Shown here in pieces: positions 19,878-31,531 of a stretch of 32,000 nt of DNA. The notes under the pieces were generated by a model. The model was not told the origin of the DNA, made no database searches, and saw nothing but the letters and a program-made list of their open reading frames with translations. How positions within the stretch are numbered: position 1 is the stretch's first letter; the number at the start of each line of letters is the position of its first letter. Both the position numbers and the translations under genes were made by a program. The DNA comes from Candidatus Saccharimonadota bacterium (GTDB taxonomy: Bacteria > Patescibacteriota > Gracilibacteria > BD1-5 > UBA6164): NCBI GenBank assembly GCA_965229705.1, contig OZ245922.1:930001-962000 (forward strand). The letters are read 5' to 3'.

Positions 19878-20759
19878 TTGCCAAATCATGAAAATATTTT
19901 CACTCAAAATTTGAAAAATTACTCGTATCACACTTCTCAAAGAACTGGAGAAACTTTACAAGATTCGCATCATCATACAGGAAAACTGCTCTTTACTCCC
20001 AATCCAGAAATATGCCTCAAAATGAGAAAAGATGAAGAGTTTTTAAAAACCCTCCAACAAGCAGACTATCTCACCAGTGATGGTATCGGACTTTATCTCG
20101 CGTATCAAATCAATGATTTTCTTGAGAAAGACCAACAAAACCCTCCTACGTTTTGGAAGAGGATTTGATGCTCTATGATGCTTCCATACTTTGTGTACAA
20201 TATCCTTTTTCAAAAAACATATCTCTACAAGACTTATGGAGATCGCATTACGGGAAGTGGTCTCACAAAAGACTTATTAGATATCTGTGAAAGATCAGAG
20301 ATACCTATCACAGTATTAGATCTCTATAAACCACAAGACAGTGCAAAGGTTGCGAGCCAAAAAGTATTTGTGAAGAGACTCAAAGAAGTACATCCAAGAC
20401 TTCAGTGTGATTATTTTGTATACCGCGAAGAAGAGCAAGCAAAAGTTTTTCAGCATATCAGATCCTCATCTTCACGAGTAGTATTTACCACTCTTGGTAT
20501 GAAACAACAAGAAGTTTTGGCCTTGCAGGTGAGAAATACCTGCAAAAATATCCGACTCTCTCTTGCAGTAGGATCAGCATTTGACTATATTATAGGGTTT
20601 CAAAAACCAGCTCCAGAAGTGTATAAAAAACTCTGATTTGAATGGCTCTATAGACTCGTCACCTCTCCTAATCGGGTGCAGAGAATAGGGAGAATATATA
20701 GGGCAGTGATTGTTTTTCCATTGAGTGTATGATTTTTTTCTTGAACATGAAACACATAA
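19878..20759 (+). CDS. WecG/TagA/CpsF-family glycosyltransferase (N-terminus apparently frameshifted)
   Basis: ...KLLFTPNPEICLKMRKDEEFLKTLQQADYLTSDGIGLYLAYQ...VVFTTLGMKQQEVLA...AVGSAFDYI...GFEWLYRLVTSPNRVQRIGR matches the family pattern. The frame opens at TTG 19878, directly after a TAA. A better-looking N-terminus (MKIFSLKIGKITRITLLKELEKLYKIRIIIQE, ATG 19888) lies in the +1-offset frame. Confidence 0.75.
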
Positions 20760-21817
20760 CAATACTTGGATGAACTGGTGGTTTTGGGAAGTGGTTAGCA
20801 GAATATATTTTGCGAAATTTTTCTCATATATCTGACTCTGGAGCAGAGAAGTTACGCCTCACTATTACGGGACGAAATACGAAAAAGTGACAAGACGCAG
20901 CCAAAGAAATATGAGCAGTATATATTCAGGACAATCAAAAAGCAGTGCAGGACGCGGATATAGTCATATACGCGGTTTCAATAGCGTATATGCAAGAAAC
21001 AATAGAAAGTACACTTGATGCTCTCAAAGCGTGAGCAATAGTTCTTGATGTTACGAGCGTGAAACAGATGCCCGTTAAAGCGTTTTCTCAGGCTCGCAAA
21101 GATATTATTGTGATCCCAACACATCCGATGTTTGGTCCCTACATCTTGGATATTGCTGGTCAGGTAATTGTTTTGACGGCAGATGAATGAACGCAGAAAA
21201 AACAGGAATATCAGATCCTGATAGATTTTCTCAGAGCAAAAAAAGCTCGAGTTATTGAGTCAACACCAAAATACCATGATCAGATAATGGCAGTTGTACA
21301 GTGACTGACACATCTGAGTATCTTTGTTATGGCAGAGACGATGAAGCGTTTACAGTTTGATATTTCAGCGTCTATGGACTTTGTATCGCCGATTTATAAA
21401 ATAATGGTATCTTCAGTAGGGAGATATCTCTCACAAAATCCATGACTCTACGCTGATATACAAATATATAACTCTGAGATATGAAAAGTACATGAAAACT
21501 TTCTTGATGCAGCAAAAGATTTTCACACTTCTATCAAAGACAGAGATATACAAGCGTTTTGCTCTGATAGAGAGTCAGCAAGAGAATTTTTTGGAGAAGA
21601 AAACTGCCAGATAGGTCACGCCTATACAGATAAAATTATATATCTTTTATGAAGGCAGGTTGATCTCATCAAAGAAAATATTGGAAACAGAGTTACTCTC
21701 AAAGATATATATTCTTGAGAAGTCATAGAGGGACAACTCGTAAAATATGAAAATAACAAGATATTTCTCGACTCAGGAGAATGCTATAGCATAGATTTTT
21801 ATGAGCTAATCGTATAA
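20747..21817 (+). CDS. tyrA: prephenate dehydrogenase
   Basis: MKHITILGGTGGFGKW (Gly = TGA at 20771..20773)...VLDVTSVK...PTHPMFGP...HDQIMAVVQGLTH...NPGLYADIQ; 356 aa. The standard-code track shows no ORF here because TGA is frequent. Confidence 0.88.
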
Positions 21818-21819
21818 GT

Positions 21820-22632
21820 ATGAAAATATATTATCAGTGAAATCCAGGGAGTTATATGCATACGGCTTCTCTGCAAGTATCTCAGTATATAGATACGCAG
21901 GTATCTGAGTATGTATGATGTCCAGATTTTCAGCATGTATGGGAAAATATTTCACAAGAAGGCATGGCAGTTCTCGCAATAGAAAATTCATATATGGGAA
22001 GCATTCATCCCAATTTATATAATTTTATGAAATATGATCATAAGATTATTGGGGATATTTCTCTAAATATTCGTCACTGTGTCTGTGCAAAACAAGAAGA
22101 TATAGGAGATATTCATACAGTGTATTCTCAGATGCCGGCTCTGGATCAGTGTTATCGATATATACAGAAAAAGTGATGGAAGGCTCAGAGTTATAGTGAT
22201 ACAGCGCTTTCGGCAAAGATGGTAAGTCAGTCAACAGAAAAAGGAATTGCCGCTATATGTTCTGAGCTTGCAGCTGAGATGTATGGACTCAATATTCTTG
22301 AGAAAAATATTCAAGATAATGATCAAAATACCACACGTTTTGTTGTTATCGTTCCTCAGGCTTCGGATATAATGTATCGTGATCGGAGAGGAAAAATGAG
22401 CATTATCTTGCAGGCAAAAGATATTCCAGCAAGCTTGTATAAGTGTCTCGGAGCTTTTGCCACCAATAATGTGAATCTCACAAAAATAGAGAGTCTTCCA
22501 AACTATGACAAGCCTTTTGAGGTAAATTTTTGGATAGACTTTGAAGGAAATTCTCTCGATACAAATGTACAAAATGTCTTTGAAGAACTACGATTCTTTA
22601 CTACAGAGCTTCGTATACTTGGAGAATATTAA
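21820..22632 (+). CDS. pheA: prephenate dehydratase
   Basis: MKIYYQGNPGSY (Gly = TGA at 21838..21840)...AIENSYMGSI...DNDQNTTRFVVI...ACT-like C-terminus LTKIESLPNYDKPFEVNFWIDFEG; 270 aa. It joins the track ORFs 21964..22176 and 22219..22632. Confidence 0.9.
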
Positions 22633-22644
22633 ACAGAAATTTTT

Positions 22645-23097
22645 ATGATAAAGATATACATTTTTACTGATTCGTATAAGCATTTTGAGAGTGCTATTTG
22701 AGAGTATCAAAAGCGACTAGGAAAGAATATTGAAATATATAAACTCAAGCCGATAAAATATGGTTCTGCAAAAGAGATTATTCGAGATGAGACACAGATA
22801 TTGAGAGAAAAACTCAAGAAAGTGTCGTGATATAGAGTGATACTGACTCCAAAATGACATCAGATGACAACAGAAAAATTTGTGCAGTTAATAGAACAAA
22901 GCAAGAATAGGACGCAGGATATTATTTTTTGTATTTGAGGAGCCTATGGCCTTGATTATGAGCTCTTGAAAGATTCTGTAGATGGAGAGCTTTCATTTTC
23001 GCAGATGATACTTCCCCACGCTCTGGCGTTGATAGTGTTACTCGAACAGGTGTATCGAGCAAGTGAGATAGTCAAAGGGAGTGAGTATCATAAGTAG
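22645..23097 (+). CDS. rlmH: 23S rRNA (pseudouridine1915-N3)-methyltransferase RlmH
   Basis: MIKIYIFTDSYKHFESAIGEYQKRLGKNIEIY...VILTPKGHQMTTEKF...IIFCIGGAYGLDYELL...LSFSQMILPHALALIVLLEQVYRA; 150 aa. Confidence 0.9.
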
Positions 23098-23116
23098 TTT
23101 ATATATAATAAAAAAT

Positions 23117-25234
23117 ATGAATATACAACAACGCATCAGACAAGAGCTTGAAAATCCAGACTTTCCAAACCTCGAGTTTTTATATTCTCCAGAAGTACTG
23201 GAACATGCTCTCGAAGTGCTTGAGGAGCTTTTAGAAGAAGAAAAAAAAGACTTTGAGAAAAAACTCATAATAAAAGATGAAGATATATCTTTTGAGATAT
23301 TTCAAGATACTTCTCTTTTAGATTATTTCTTTGGACTCTTAGAACATTATCAAGGAGTTCATAATGATGAGACTATCAGAAATATCATTGAAACCTTTGA
23401 GCCAAAATATATTGCCTTTGGAAATGAGGTAGCATACTCAAGAAGATATTATAAGATGTTAAAACATTGTTATGAAAATCTCACTATCACCCCAACCCTC
23501 TCTCAATTCGAGAGAGAGAATATTTTAGAGCAAAAACGAATTTTAGAAAAATCACTCAAGGCCTATGAAGTTCGTGGTATTGCTCTTTCAGACCAGCAAC
23601 AAGATAAGCTCAAAAACATCTCAGAAAGACTCTCAGAGCTTTCACAAAAGTTTTCTAATAATATTCTCGATAGCCAAAAAGTATTTGAATATATTATCAA
23701 AGATGAGAGTATTATTTCTCAGATGCCAGAAGATGATAGAGAACTTGCAAAAAATCGATATGAAGAAAAGATCAAAACCTCTCCTGAGTCTCGCTGAAAC
23801 CATGAACAGAAGACAGGTCCGTTTCTCTTTGATGCAAGTATCAATGCGTATATATCTATTATGAAGTACTGCTCTGATAGCGCGGTGAGAAAACATTTTT
23901 ATGAGTCGAGACAACGATTTGGAAGTGAAGGGGAATATAACAATAGAGGGATTATTCTACAAATACTTTCTCTAAGGAAAGAAAAGTCGCAGATCCTCTG
24001 ATACGCCAACTATGCTGAACTTTCACTTGAGTGTAAAATGGCTGAATCTCCTCAGCAGATAATCGAACTTTTCTGAGATATTGCTGAGAAAGCAAAGATA
24101 AAAGCCATGAAAGAAATAAAAGAAATACAAGAGTATTTCTCTCTCGATGAACTACAAGAATGGGATGTGTGATATTATGCTCGCAAACTCAAAGAAGAAA
24201 AATATGCTCTTGATGAAAAAGTACTCAAAGAATATTTTGAGTTTGAAAGAGTTCGAGAGGGGATGTTTGAGATAGCAAAGAGGCTTTATGGTATTGAGAT
24301 GAAAAAAATTTATGTTCCCCATCAAAAAGAGGATGAGTATACGCAGGTCTATGAAGTATATAGAAATGGTAAGTTTCTGTCATACTTTATGACAGACTAT
24401 TTTTACCATCCTCTGAAAAGAAATGGGGCATGGGCAAATATCCTACGAGAAAACTCTCTTTTGCGACCTCTGTGTACTGAGAAAGGAATAAAAGCTACTG
24501 ATGATAAAGAGACGAAAAAACTTGTTATCAATGTTGCAAATTTTCAAAAGGGAGTAGATGGGAGAGTCCTTTTGACACTTTCAGATGTAGAAACCATGTT
24601 CCATGAGTTTGGTCATGCTCTTCATGAAATACTTTCTCAAAGTCGGTATCCAGAACTTTCGGGTTTTCATGTGGAATGGGATTTTGTAGAGCTTCCGAGT
24701 CAGCTTTTGGAAAACTGGTGTCGCCATGAGGATGGGATGAAGATTTTTGCTCAGCATTATCAGTCCTGAAAAACTATTCCAAGAGAGCTATTAGCATGAC
24801 TCAAAAAACTAGAAACTTTTGCTACGGGAAGTTTTATTCTTCGACAAAATACCTTTGCAATGATTGATATGGATTTACATAGTCATGAAGTTCCAAAAAA
24901 CGCAGAGGAGCTAGATCAGCGAGTAGCAAAGATTCAGCTGCAAAATACCGTTCTCCCAACCCCTGAAATATATACTCCTCATGTAAGTTTTTCTCATATT
25001 TTTGATGGAGGATATTCAGCAGGATACTATAGTTATATGTGGGCTGAAATTATTGAAAAAGAGGTATGGAGAACCTTTTGCGATACGGGAGATATTTTTT
25101 CAGCTTCTCTGGCTCAAAAATTTTATGATACTGTCCTTTCTCAATGAACAAAAAAACCAGCTACAGAACTGTTTTATGATTTTCTATGAAGAAAAGCTGA
25201 TATAGAAGCCTTTTTACAGGAAAAGGGGTTGTAA
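23117..25234 (+). CDS. M3-family zinc metallopeptidase (oligopeptidase A / Dcp-like)
   Basis: A 705-aa frame joins track ORFs 23081..23797, 24263..24769 and 24860..25147. The HEXXH site is TMFHEFGHALHE (about 24595..24630). It ends ...FDGGYSAGYYSYMWAEIIEKE. I chose the ATG at 23117, after the rlmH stop. Confidence 0.9.
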
Positions 25235-25400
25235 TATTATCAAGAATAAAATCATAAAGCTTGAAATCATTAAATATATTACTACTTTAATATATTATTT
25301 TAAATAAGTCAAATACTTATTCTCAAAAAACCTTCCTCTTATTTTACATACTTCTTTTCAGAAATAGTATAAGGCTGATATATTTTTTATTTTTACAGCT

Positions 25401-27692
25401 ATGAAAAAATACTTTCTGATACTTCTGAGTTTTACGCTCTTTCATACAGCTTTTGCAAATGATATAGATGATACATCCCTGATTGATAAGATAGAAGAAA
25501 CATCATTTGAAGAAATATCGCTTGATATCAAAATGCGAAACTTTGAGAGTTGTGACGCATTTGAGGAAGTGATCATAGATTATATAAAAACATATATAGA
25601 ACATACTCCCCAAAGAAGATACTATCAAGTAATGCCCATGATGATGGAATCAGTCGAGATACAGGCAGATGCCATCATGCAGGAAAGCGCTACTGAGAAA
25701 TCGTCTTCTGTTTCACAAGGAGAAGATTTTTCACAAACAAATATCCAGGTCGGATGAGTTGATGAACCAGAAATAGTGAAAACCGATGGTCGATACCTCT
25801 ACTATTACAATGATATAGAAAAAGCTATCTACATCGTTGACACTCAGGCAGGAGGTATTTTTGCGAAAAGTGAGCTCGAAATAGTAAAAAGAATCGCTAT
25901 TCCAGAATCATTTTATGGTGTAGAGCTCTTTCTCTCAGATCAAAGATTGGTAGTAATCGCGAGCGCGTATTCTCAGAGAGACTATTCAAAAGAAAATTTT
26001 TACATCGATAGAAACAGCAAGACCTATACTATCGTGTATGATACTTCAAATATGTCACAATTACAACTGTTAAAGTTCACGAGTGTTGATGGAACATATA
26101 CCCAGTCTCGACTCATAGATAACACGCTCTATGTCCTTTCGCAAAACGCTATAACTTTTCCGTACTGGAAGTATAGCCTCGAAGACAATATCGTCATACA
26201 GGCAGAAAAGTTTCTTCCTCAAACACTGGATGTATCACGCACAGATACACTTGAAAAACATAACCTCACTCTCAGAGACACCAATCTCCCCTATCATGTG
26301 ACAGGGGGAAATGCAACAGATTGTTCAGAAATATCTTATACACTCCCTAGTGAAGAAACACTTAAAGAGACAGGTTTTAGCCCGGGTTATACGATTGTTT
26401 CCAGTATAGATATTCAAGATACAGAAAAAGAAATTCATAGCGATGTTATTGCGGGATCAAATACACAGATATATATGAGTCAAAATAATCTGTATATGAC
26501 TGAAGGAGTATGGCATTCTCAGAATTTTTCTTGTCCAAGAAATATGATATGTGCACGACCATTTTTTTGGGGGAGAAACCAAAATACATTGATTCATAAA
26601 CTCAGTATTGACGGTCAAGATGTGACATACAAAAATTCAGCACTCATACCATGATCTCCTCTCAATCAGTATTCTATGGATGAATATGAAGACACTTTCC
26701 GAATTATTACTTCAGAATGGTCGCCAGAAACTTCAACAGGATTATATATCTTAGGATCTCAGCTTGAAACAATCTCGAGTCTCACAGGTCTTGCTCCTGG
26801 AGAAACATTTCGTTCGAGCCGTTTTATCGGTGAGAAACTCTTTTTAGTGACTTTTGAACAGATAGACCCTCTCTTTGCAATAGACCTTAGTGACCCGACA
26901 GATCCTAAGGTTCTCTGAGAATTAAAGATACCATGATTTTCCACCTATCTACACCCTTATGATGAGACGCATCTCATAGGTCTTGGCTACGATACAGAGC
27001 TCAATAAGTGGGATAGAGCGCAAACAGTAGGAGTAAAAGTTGATCTCTATAAAATACACTATGATAAAAAATGTGGAGATGAAAACTTGAACTATATACA
27101 AAGAGAAAAATGTGAAACAGGTGACTATAAGTGAATCATCGTAGAACAACTCCATAGTGAAACTTTTGGAGGAAAAGGGAGTGACTCACAGGCTCTGAGA
27201 AATCCTCGCATGTTTGTATGGAATGATGCAAGAAAGAGACTTTTACTCCCAGTCAATCTCTACCAAAAAGATGAGTCATGGAAGACACAAGACTATTTTA
27301 ATGGTCTCTTAGATATAGAGATAGAAAAGCTTTGAGGAATCACGCTCAAAAATAAGATTACTCATATTGATATAACTTGACTCGAAGAGCGGCGTATAGA
27401 GGAGTGTAAAAAGTATACTCTTCCAACAGAACCAGAGTGTCGAGAACTGGTATCAGGAGAACAAGTATGTCAGGGAATTGGTCAGGTTATAGACTCAAGG
27501 TATATTCCTCAGTATTGTTACGCCGATACTTCTGTATGGGTGTATGTGTGAGATCGATCGTGGGATTTTCGTGATATGCATGTAGAGAGAGCTCTCTATA
27601 TCGGAGATGATATATATAGCTTTTCTCCATCATATTTGATGCATCATAATTGGTGAGGAGAACAGCAGGGAGGAATAAGTTTTTGACAATAA
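25401..27692 (+). CDS. secreted beta-propeller domain protein (Beta_propel/COG4880-like)
   Basis: Signal peptide MKKYFLILLSFTLFHTAFA. Motifs include TNIQVGGVDEPEIVKTDGRYLYYY, QYSMDEYEDTFRIITSEW and GETFRSSRFIGEKLFLVTFEQIDPLFAIDLSDPTDPKVLGELKIPGFSTYLHPYDETHLIGLGYD. A 763-aa frame joins three track ORFs. Confidence 0.88.
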
Positions 27693-27697
27693 TACCT

Positions 27698-28657
27698 ATG
27701 AGTATGCTGTGAGATATATGTTTTCTTCTTTTGAGTGGGATTATTCTTTGTATGCCAGTAGTTATTTGGTCATACCTTGCAACGGAATATCCAGAGATCC
27801 CACTTTCGCGAAAGTATTTTTTTCTCTGAGTATTTATAGGAGCTCTGACAACACTTCCTTTTGTTTTATGAGGAGATATTTGGGTGTTTTGATATTTTTT
27901 AGAAAATATATTTTATAGTCAAAATATTGGAGATAGTACATGATTTTTTTGCTATATATCTGCTTTTATGACACTTTTGTGGTTGGGTATATACATCATA
28001 AGTCTGATTTTTCAGAGAAGTAAGAGTTTTTTTATTTTTCACTCTTGGATGTGGGTGATGATAGTGATTGTGTTTGTGAGCATGATAGCTTTTTTGTTTC
28101 ATCGTTTTTTTCCACTTCAGGACACAGGTATGAATGTCTGGTTTGGAAAACTGGCATTTAGTACACTTGGAGGAATATTTGTATATTATCTTACAGTCGC
28201 ATTTTTGGAAGAGGCGGTAAAGCATCTTGGGTCTGCGAGCATTTTTCCTCTACGCGTGATATCGCAGTATAAGTCTTCGATACTTCTTGGGATGAGTGTG
28301 GCTTTGGGGTTTGCGTTTTTTGAGAATATTCTCTATGTTTTTTCTCATATTCGAGACTCATGAATCAATCTGGAGTTGCTGCTACTTGTTCTCTTTCGTT
28401 CTCTTTTCACGCTCTCGCTTCATATATTTGCGACAGGGATATTTCTCTCTGCTTTTTTTATTATTCTTCACAATAGTGGGGTTTATAGTCTCTGGAAAAA
28501 ATATATGCTATTTTTCTTTCTTGCTCTTGCAGGGATAGGAGCACATATGTTTTTTGATATTTTTATTGTTTTTTCTCTTTCTTTTTTATTGTTTTTTTAT
28601 TTGATATTTTTGTATGTTTTAACGGTGATTGTTACGGCGAAACAAGCTGAGAAATAG
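27698..28657 (+). CDS. PrsW-family intramembrane metalloprotease
   Basis: Polytopic membrane protein with the four PrsW motifs: LEEAVKH, GFAFFENILY, SLHIFATG and GAHMFFD. The ATG at 27698 is 5 nt after the upstream stop. 319 aa; TAG at 28655..28657. Confidence 0.85.
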
Positions 28658-29464
28658 CGAGATAATATTTGGTTTTCGTTCCTCAAACTTTTTGAGATAC
28701 TGCCTCACACCCTCAAAGTTTTTTTGCTCTAGAAGTGCATCAAGCTCTCTTTTTGCTTCTATGTTCTCAGATCAGTATCAAGGATTTTCTCATTTGAGTT
28801 TCTCACTTACAAAAATATAGAGTCTTGCAATCTCATGCTCTCAAATTCTCCTAAGAGTTATTCCCTTATTATTATAAGCGATTGCATGTTGAGGGTTAAG
28901 ATCAAGAGCCATATCATAGGCCTCTATTGCTTCTTCATATCTTCATAATTTATGGAGAGCAGATCACTTATTATAATAAGCCTGTGCATCTTGCGGATTG
29001 AGTTTGAGAACCATATCATAGGCCTCTATTGCTTCTTCATATCTTCATAATTTATGGAGAGTATTTCACTTATTATTGAGTATCTGTGAAAAAAGAATTT
29101 TTTCAGGATTATCAGAATGAACCAAAAGACTATAATAAGGATAGCCTTCTAACTTTACTTTTCTATATACTCAAATGGTATCTCCATAGTCAGCTTTATG
29201 AATCCTTGAAGAAGCAGTAGGGTCAAAGTAGTATGGCTCTCATCATAGATTTACCTCTAGAGCAGAATGACCGGGTATACCTAGTCATTGATGCTCTATT
29301 CACAGTTCACTGAGGAAACTGTGTCAGAGAAGCGCAAAACCAACACAGTATATTTCTTTATGCCGAAGTATCTCTGCAGGCTCATAACCATAATCGTTAC
29401 TCGTAAGTTGGTAGGGGTACTCATAGAGAGTTTGAAGTATCTTTTCGGTTGCTTGTGTTTCTGA
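28619..29464 (-). CDS. transglutaminase-like (SirB1-type core) plus TPR repeat region; no canonical start, in frame with upstream ORF across a TAA
   Basis: ...ILQTLYEYPYQLTSNDYGYEPAEILRHKEIYCVGFALLGHSFLSELGIEHQGLGIPGHSALEVNLGGEPYYFDPT is a Cys/His transglutaminase-like core. TPR units follow: NKGNTLHKLGRYEEAIEAYDMVLKLNPQDAQAYYNKGSALHKLGRYEEAIEAYDMALDLNPQHAIAYNNKG. No ATG/GTG/TTG lies between the TAA (29465..29467) and the catalytic Cys. The 3' end overlaps prsW by 39 nt. Confidence 0.7.
28861..29090 (-). repeat. intragenic tandem duplication, 102-nt period (two near-identical TPR units)
   Basis: The 51-nt block CCATATCATAGGCCTCTATTGCTTCTTCATATCTTCATAATTTATGGAGAG is identical at 28909..28959 and 29011..29061. 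The period equals 34 codons, one TPR. Confidence 0.85.
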
Positions 29465-30325
29465 TTATATGATTCTCTCACCATCACCCGACTCTCTCGC
29501 AGCATCAAGGTCTGCTTTAAGTTCCTCTATTCCTATCTTTTCTCTGAGTAACCTCTCCTCTTTATCAAGTGTTTCGCTATCTTGACGGACAACTATTTTC
29601 TCTCAGTCATCGAGACTCTTGCTTTTTCCTTTGAGTGCTTCTTGCTCTGCCTGAGTGATAGTCATCATTCAGAGTCTGAGCATATTCACTCATTTTCTAA
29701 AAAATGTGAGACCAAACTCATTTCCAAAAATATGTGATAATATTTCCTCAGAAATATGACTGTCTCAAGTTTCTCAGAGTCTGGTACTTGCTGGTACTTC
29801 ATCACTCTTTGTATTTTCTCCTCTCTTTTCTCTGATAGCTCGTATAAAATCTTTTGATGATGTATTGACTCATATTGTGTGTGATCTGATCTTCTCACGA
29901 AATGCATCACTAATCTTGTATCTTGATAAGAGATCATTCAATATTTTTTCTTTTTTTTCTTGTTCATCTTCTTTTACTTTTTCTCCCTTTGTTAGTCCTT
30001 TTTCTCTCAGTATCGTTCAAATAGCTATCTTTGTGTATGAGAGGAGATTCTCTACAGGAGCATAGTTTGTAATCTCAAACTTTTGAGAGAGGGTATCGAT
30101 GATTTCGAGAGTTTCCCATACCTGTAAGTCCTCAGGCAAGAAGAGGGTATAAAACTGTCAAAATTTATCCCTTTCTCCACTTGCCTCCAGAAACTCTCAT
30201 CGTTTCCCCTCAAACTCTTCACGCGAAACAAACTCTGCAGAGATATGATCAAGAGACGCTAAAATCTCTTGAAAAGTAGACTGTTGTATTTGTTCAGAGA
30301 AGACAAGGTTTTCCAGTGGAGACAT
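29465..30325 (-). CDS. hypothetical protein, probably the N-terminal part of the transglutaminase/TPR protein
   Basis: ATG at 30325; 286 codons without TAA/TAG (TGA = Gly). It reads MSPLENLVFSEQIQQSTFQEILASLDHISAEF...ILNDLLSRYKISDAFREKIR...TITQAEQEALKGKSKSLDDGEKIVVRQDSETLDKEERLLREKIGIEELKADLDAARESGDGERII and then TAA. It is in the same frame as 28619..29464. Confidence 0.6.
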
Positions 30326-30405
30326 AGAGATAGAACATATAATATGTATATATCTTTATGGTATCACATTATGTATGAGAAATGCAAGAAATGGGAGGGT
30401 ATTTT

Positions 30406-31425
30406 CTAATATATTAGTCTCTGTTTTTGTATATTTACGACTTTCCATCGAGAGTCTTGTTGCTGCAGGAGCTGGAAAATTCCTTCAAAATGGAGCATAC
30501 CATAGAGAATAATGATTTTTTCATATTCACTTTTACGAACTTCTTCAACGACATAGGCATTTCTTTCGTCGAGGATAACAGAAAAAATATCAGGTCAAAA
30601 CTGTCAGAGTATCATATCTTGCAATCATGGATTTTTAATAAATATATTCATAAATCCTTGATTGATATACTGCAGTATCTTTTTCTCGCGTGGACGAAGA
30701 CCGTCAAGTACCTGGAGGATATCACTCTCTATATTTACAATATCCTTTTGCATGCTTCTTTGAATATTCTCTTGTCCTACTTTCTCACGATACAGCCTCA
30801 CAACACTGTCTAGGTCAAGATCAACATTTATATCTTCTGTACTTCCAAAACCAAGAAAATCCTGATTATTTTGGGCAACCATACCATAGAGCTCTGAGAG
30901 TTTTTCATAGCTCTCACTATCAAGGTCTATTCATAAAGCTTGACGAAAGATAGTAATACTCTCCTCAGAGCCCCCACTCACTCCTTCATAGAAGAGTACA
31001 TATCCTTGAGATTTTTTTTCTTGAATATTTTCTTGAACTTTTGTATAAAATTCTGGACTCGCAATATGACTCATAGCTTGAAAAAATATAGTTTTTTCGC
31101 CATTACTCAAACTATAAGACTCAATATACGCTGGAGATATATGGTTATGGTAGTAAAAAAAGATACATAAACTTACAATAACTCCTCAAATAACTATATA
31201 AACCCTGAGTAAAAAATATATAGCAAAGTTTTTCCAAGAGGGAAGAGGCGCGTTTCGAAGATACTTCCACAAGCACGAAATGCAAAAAGCTACGAGCGTA
31301 TAAAAACCTAGAGAAATAGTGAGGGAAAAGACTCAGTATCATCAGGAGATAGAGAATAATACAGCGATGTATAAGAGGCTGAGTCATATTATAAGGAGGA
31401 TATTTCTAGGGGGAATGTGGTTCAT
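30406..31425 (-). CDS. TraB/GumN-family protein with N-terminal transmembrane region
   Basis: MNHIPPRNILLIIGLSLLYIAVLFSISGGYGVFSLTISLGFYTLVAFCI... forms the TM helices. It continues ...GEKTIFFQAMSHIASPEFYTKVQENIQEKKSQGYVLFYEGV... and ...ILDERNAYVVEEVRKSEYEKIIILYGMLHFEGIFQLL. 339 aa. The track ORFs 31145..31387 and 30625..30882 are only partly in this frame. Confidence 0.6.
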
Positions 31426-31531
31426 GTTTTTTTAATTTATACGAAGTTATAAAAAATATACTTGCGTTTTTATGAAAGCATATATACTTCACGAAGGAAA
31501 TAGTTTTTTCACGTTTTGTACAAAAACAATT

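Noticed and set aside
23081-23116. GTG 23081 start for the M3 peptidase, as in the track
   Set aside because: It overlaps the last 17 nt of rlmH and adds a hydrophobic, low-complexity peptide. The ATG at 23117, after the rlmH stop, is the more parsimonious start.
28861-29090. Direct repeats that might suggest a CRISPR array or satellite
   Set aside because: There are only two units, at a 102-nt period, in frame and encoding canonical TPR helices. There is no spacer-repeat architecture.
29686-29937. 83-aa minus-strand ORF without TGA
   Set aside because: It is a different frame from the 286-codon TAA/TAG-free frame that starts at 30325. It is bounded by TAA/TAG on both sides after ~130 codons, so I treat it as an overlapping shadow frame.
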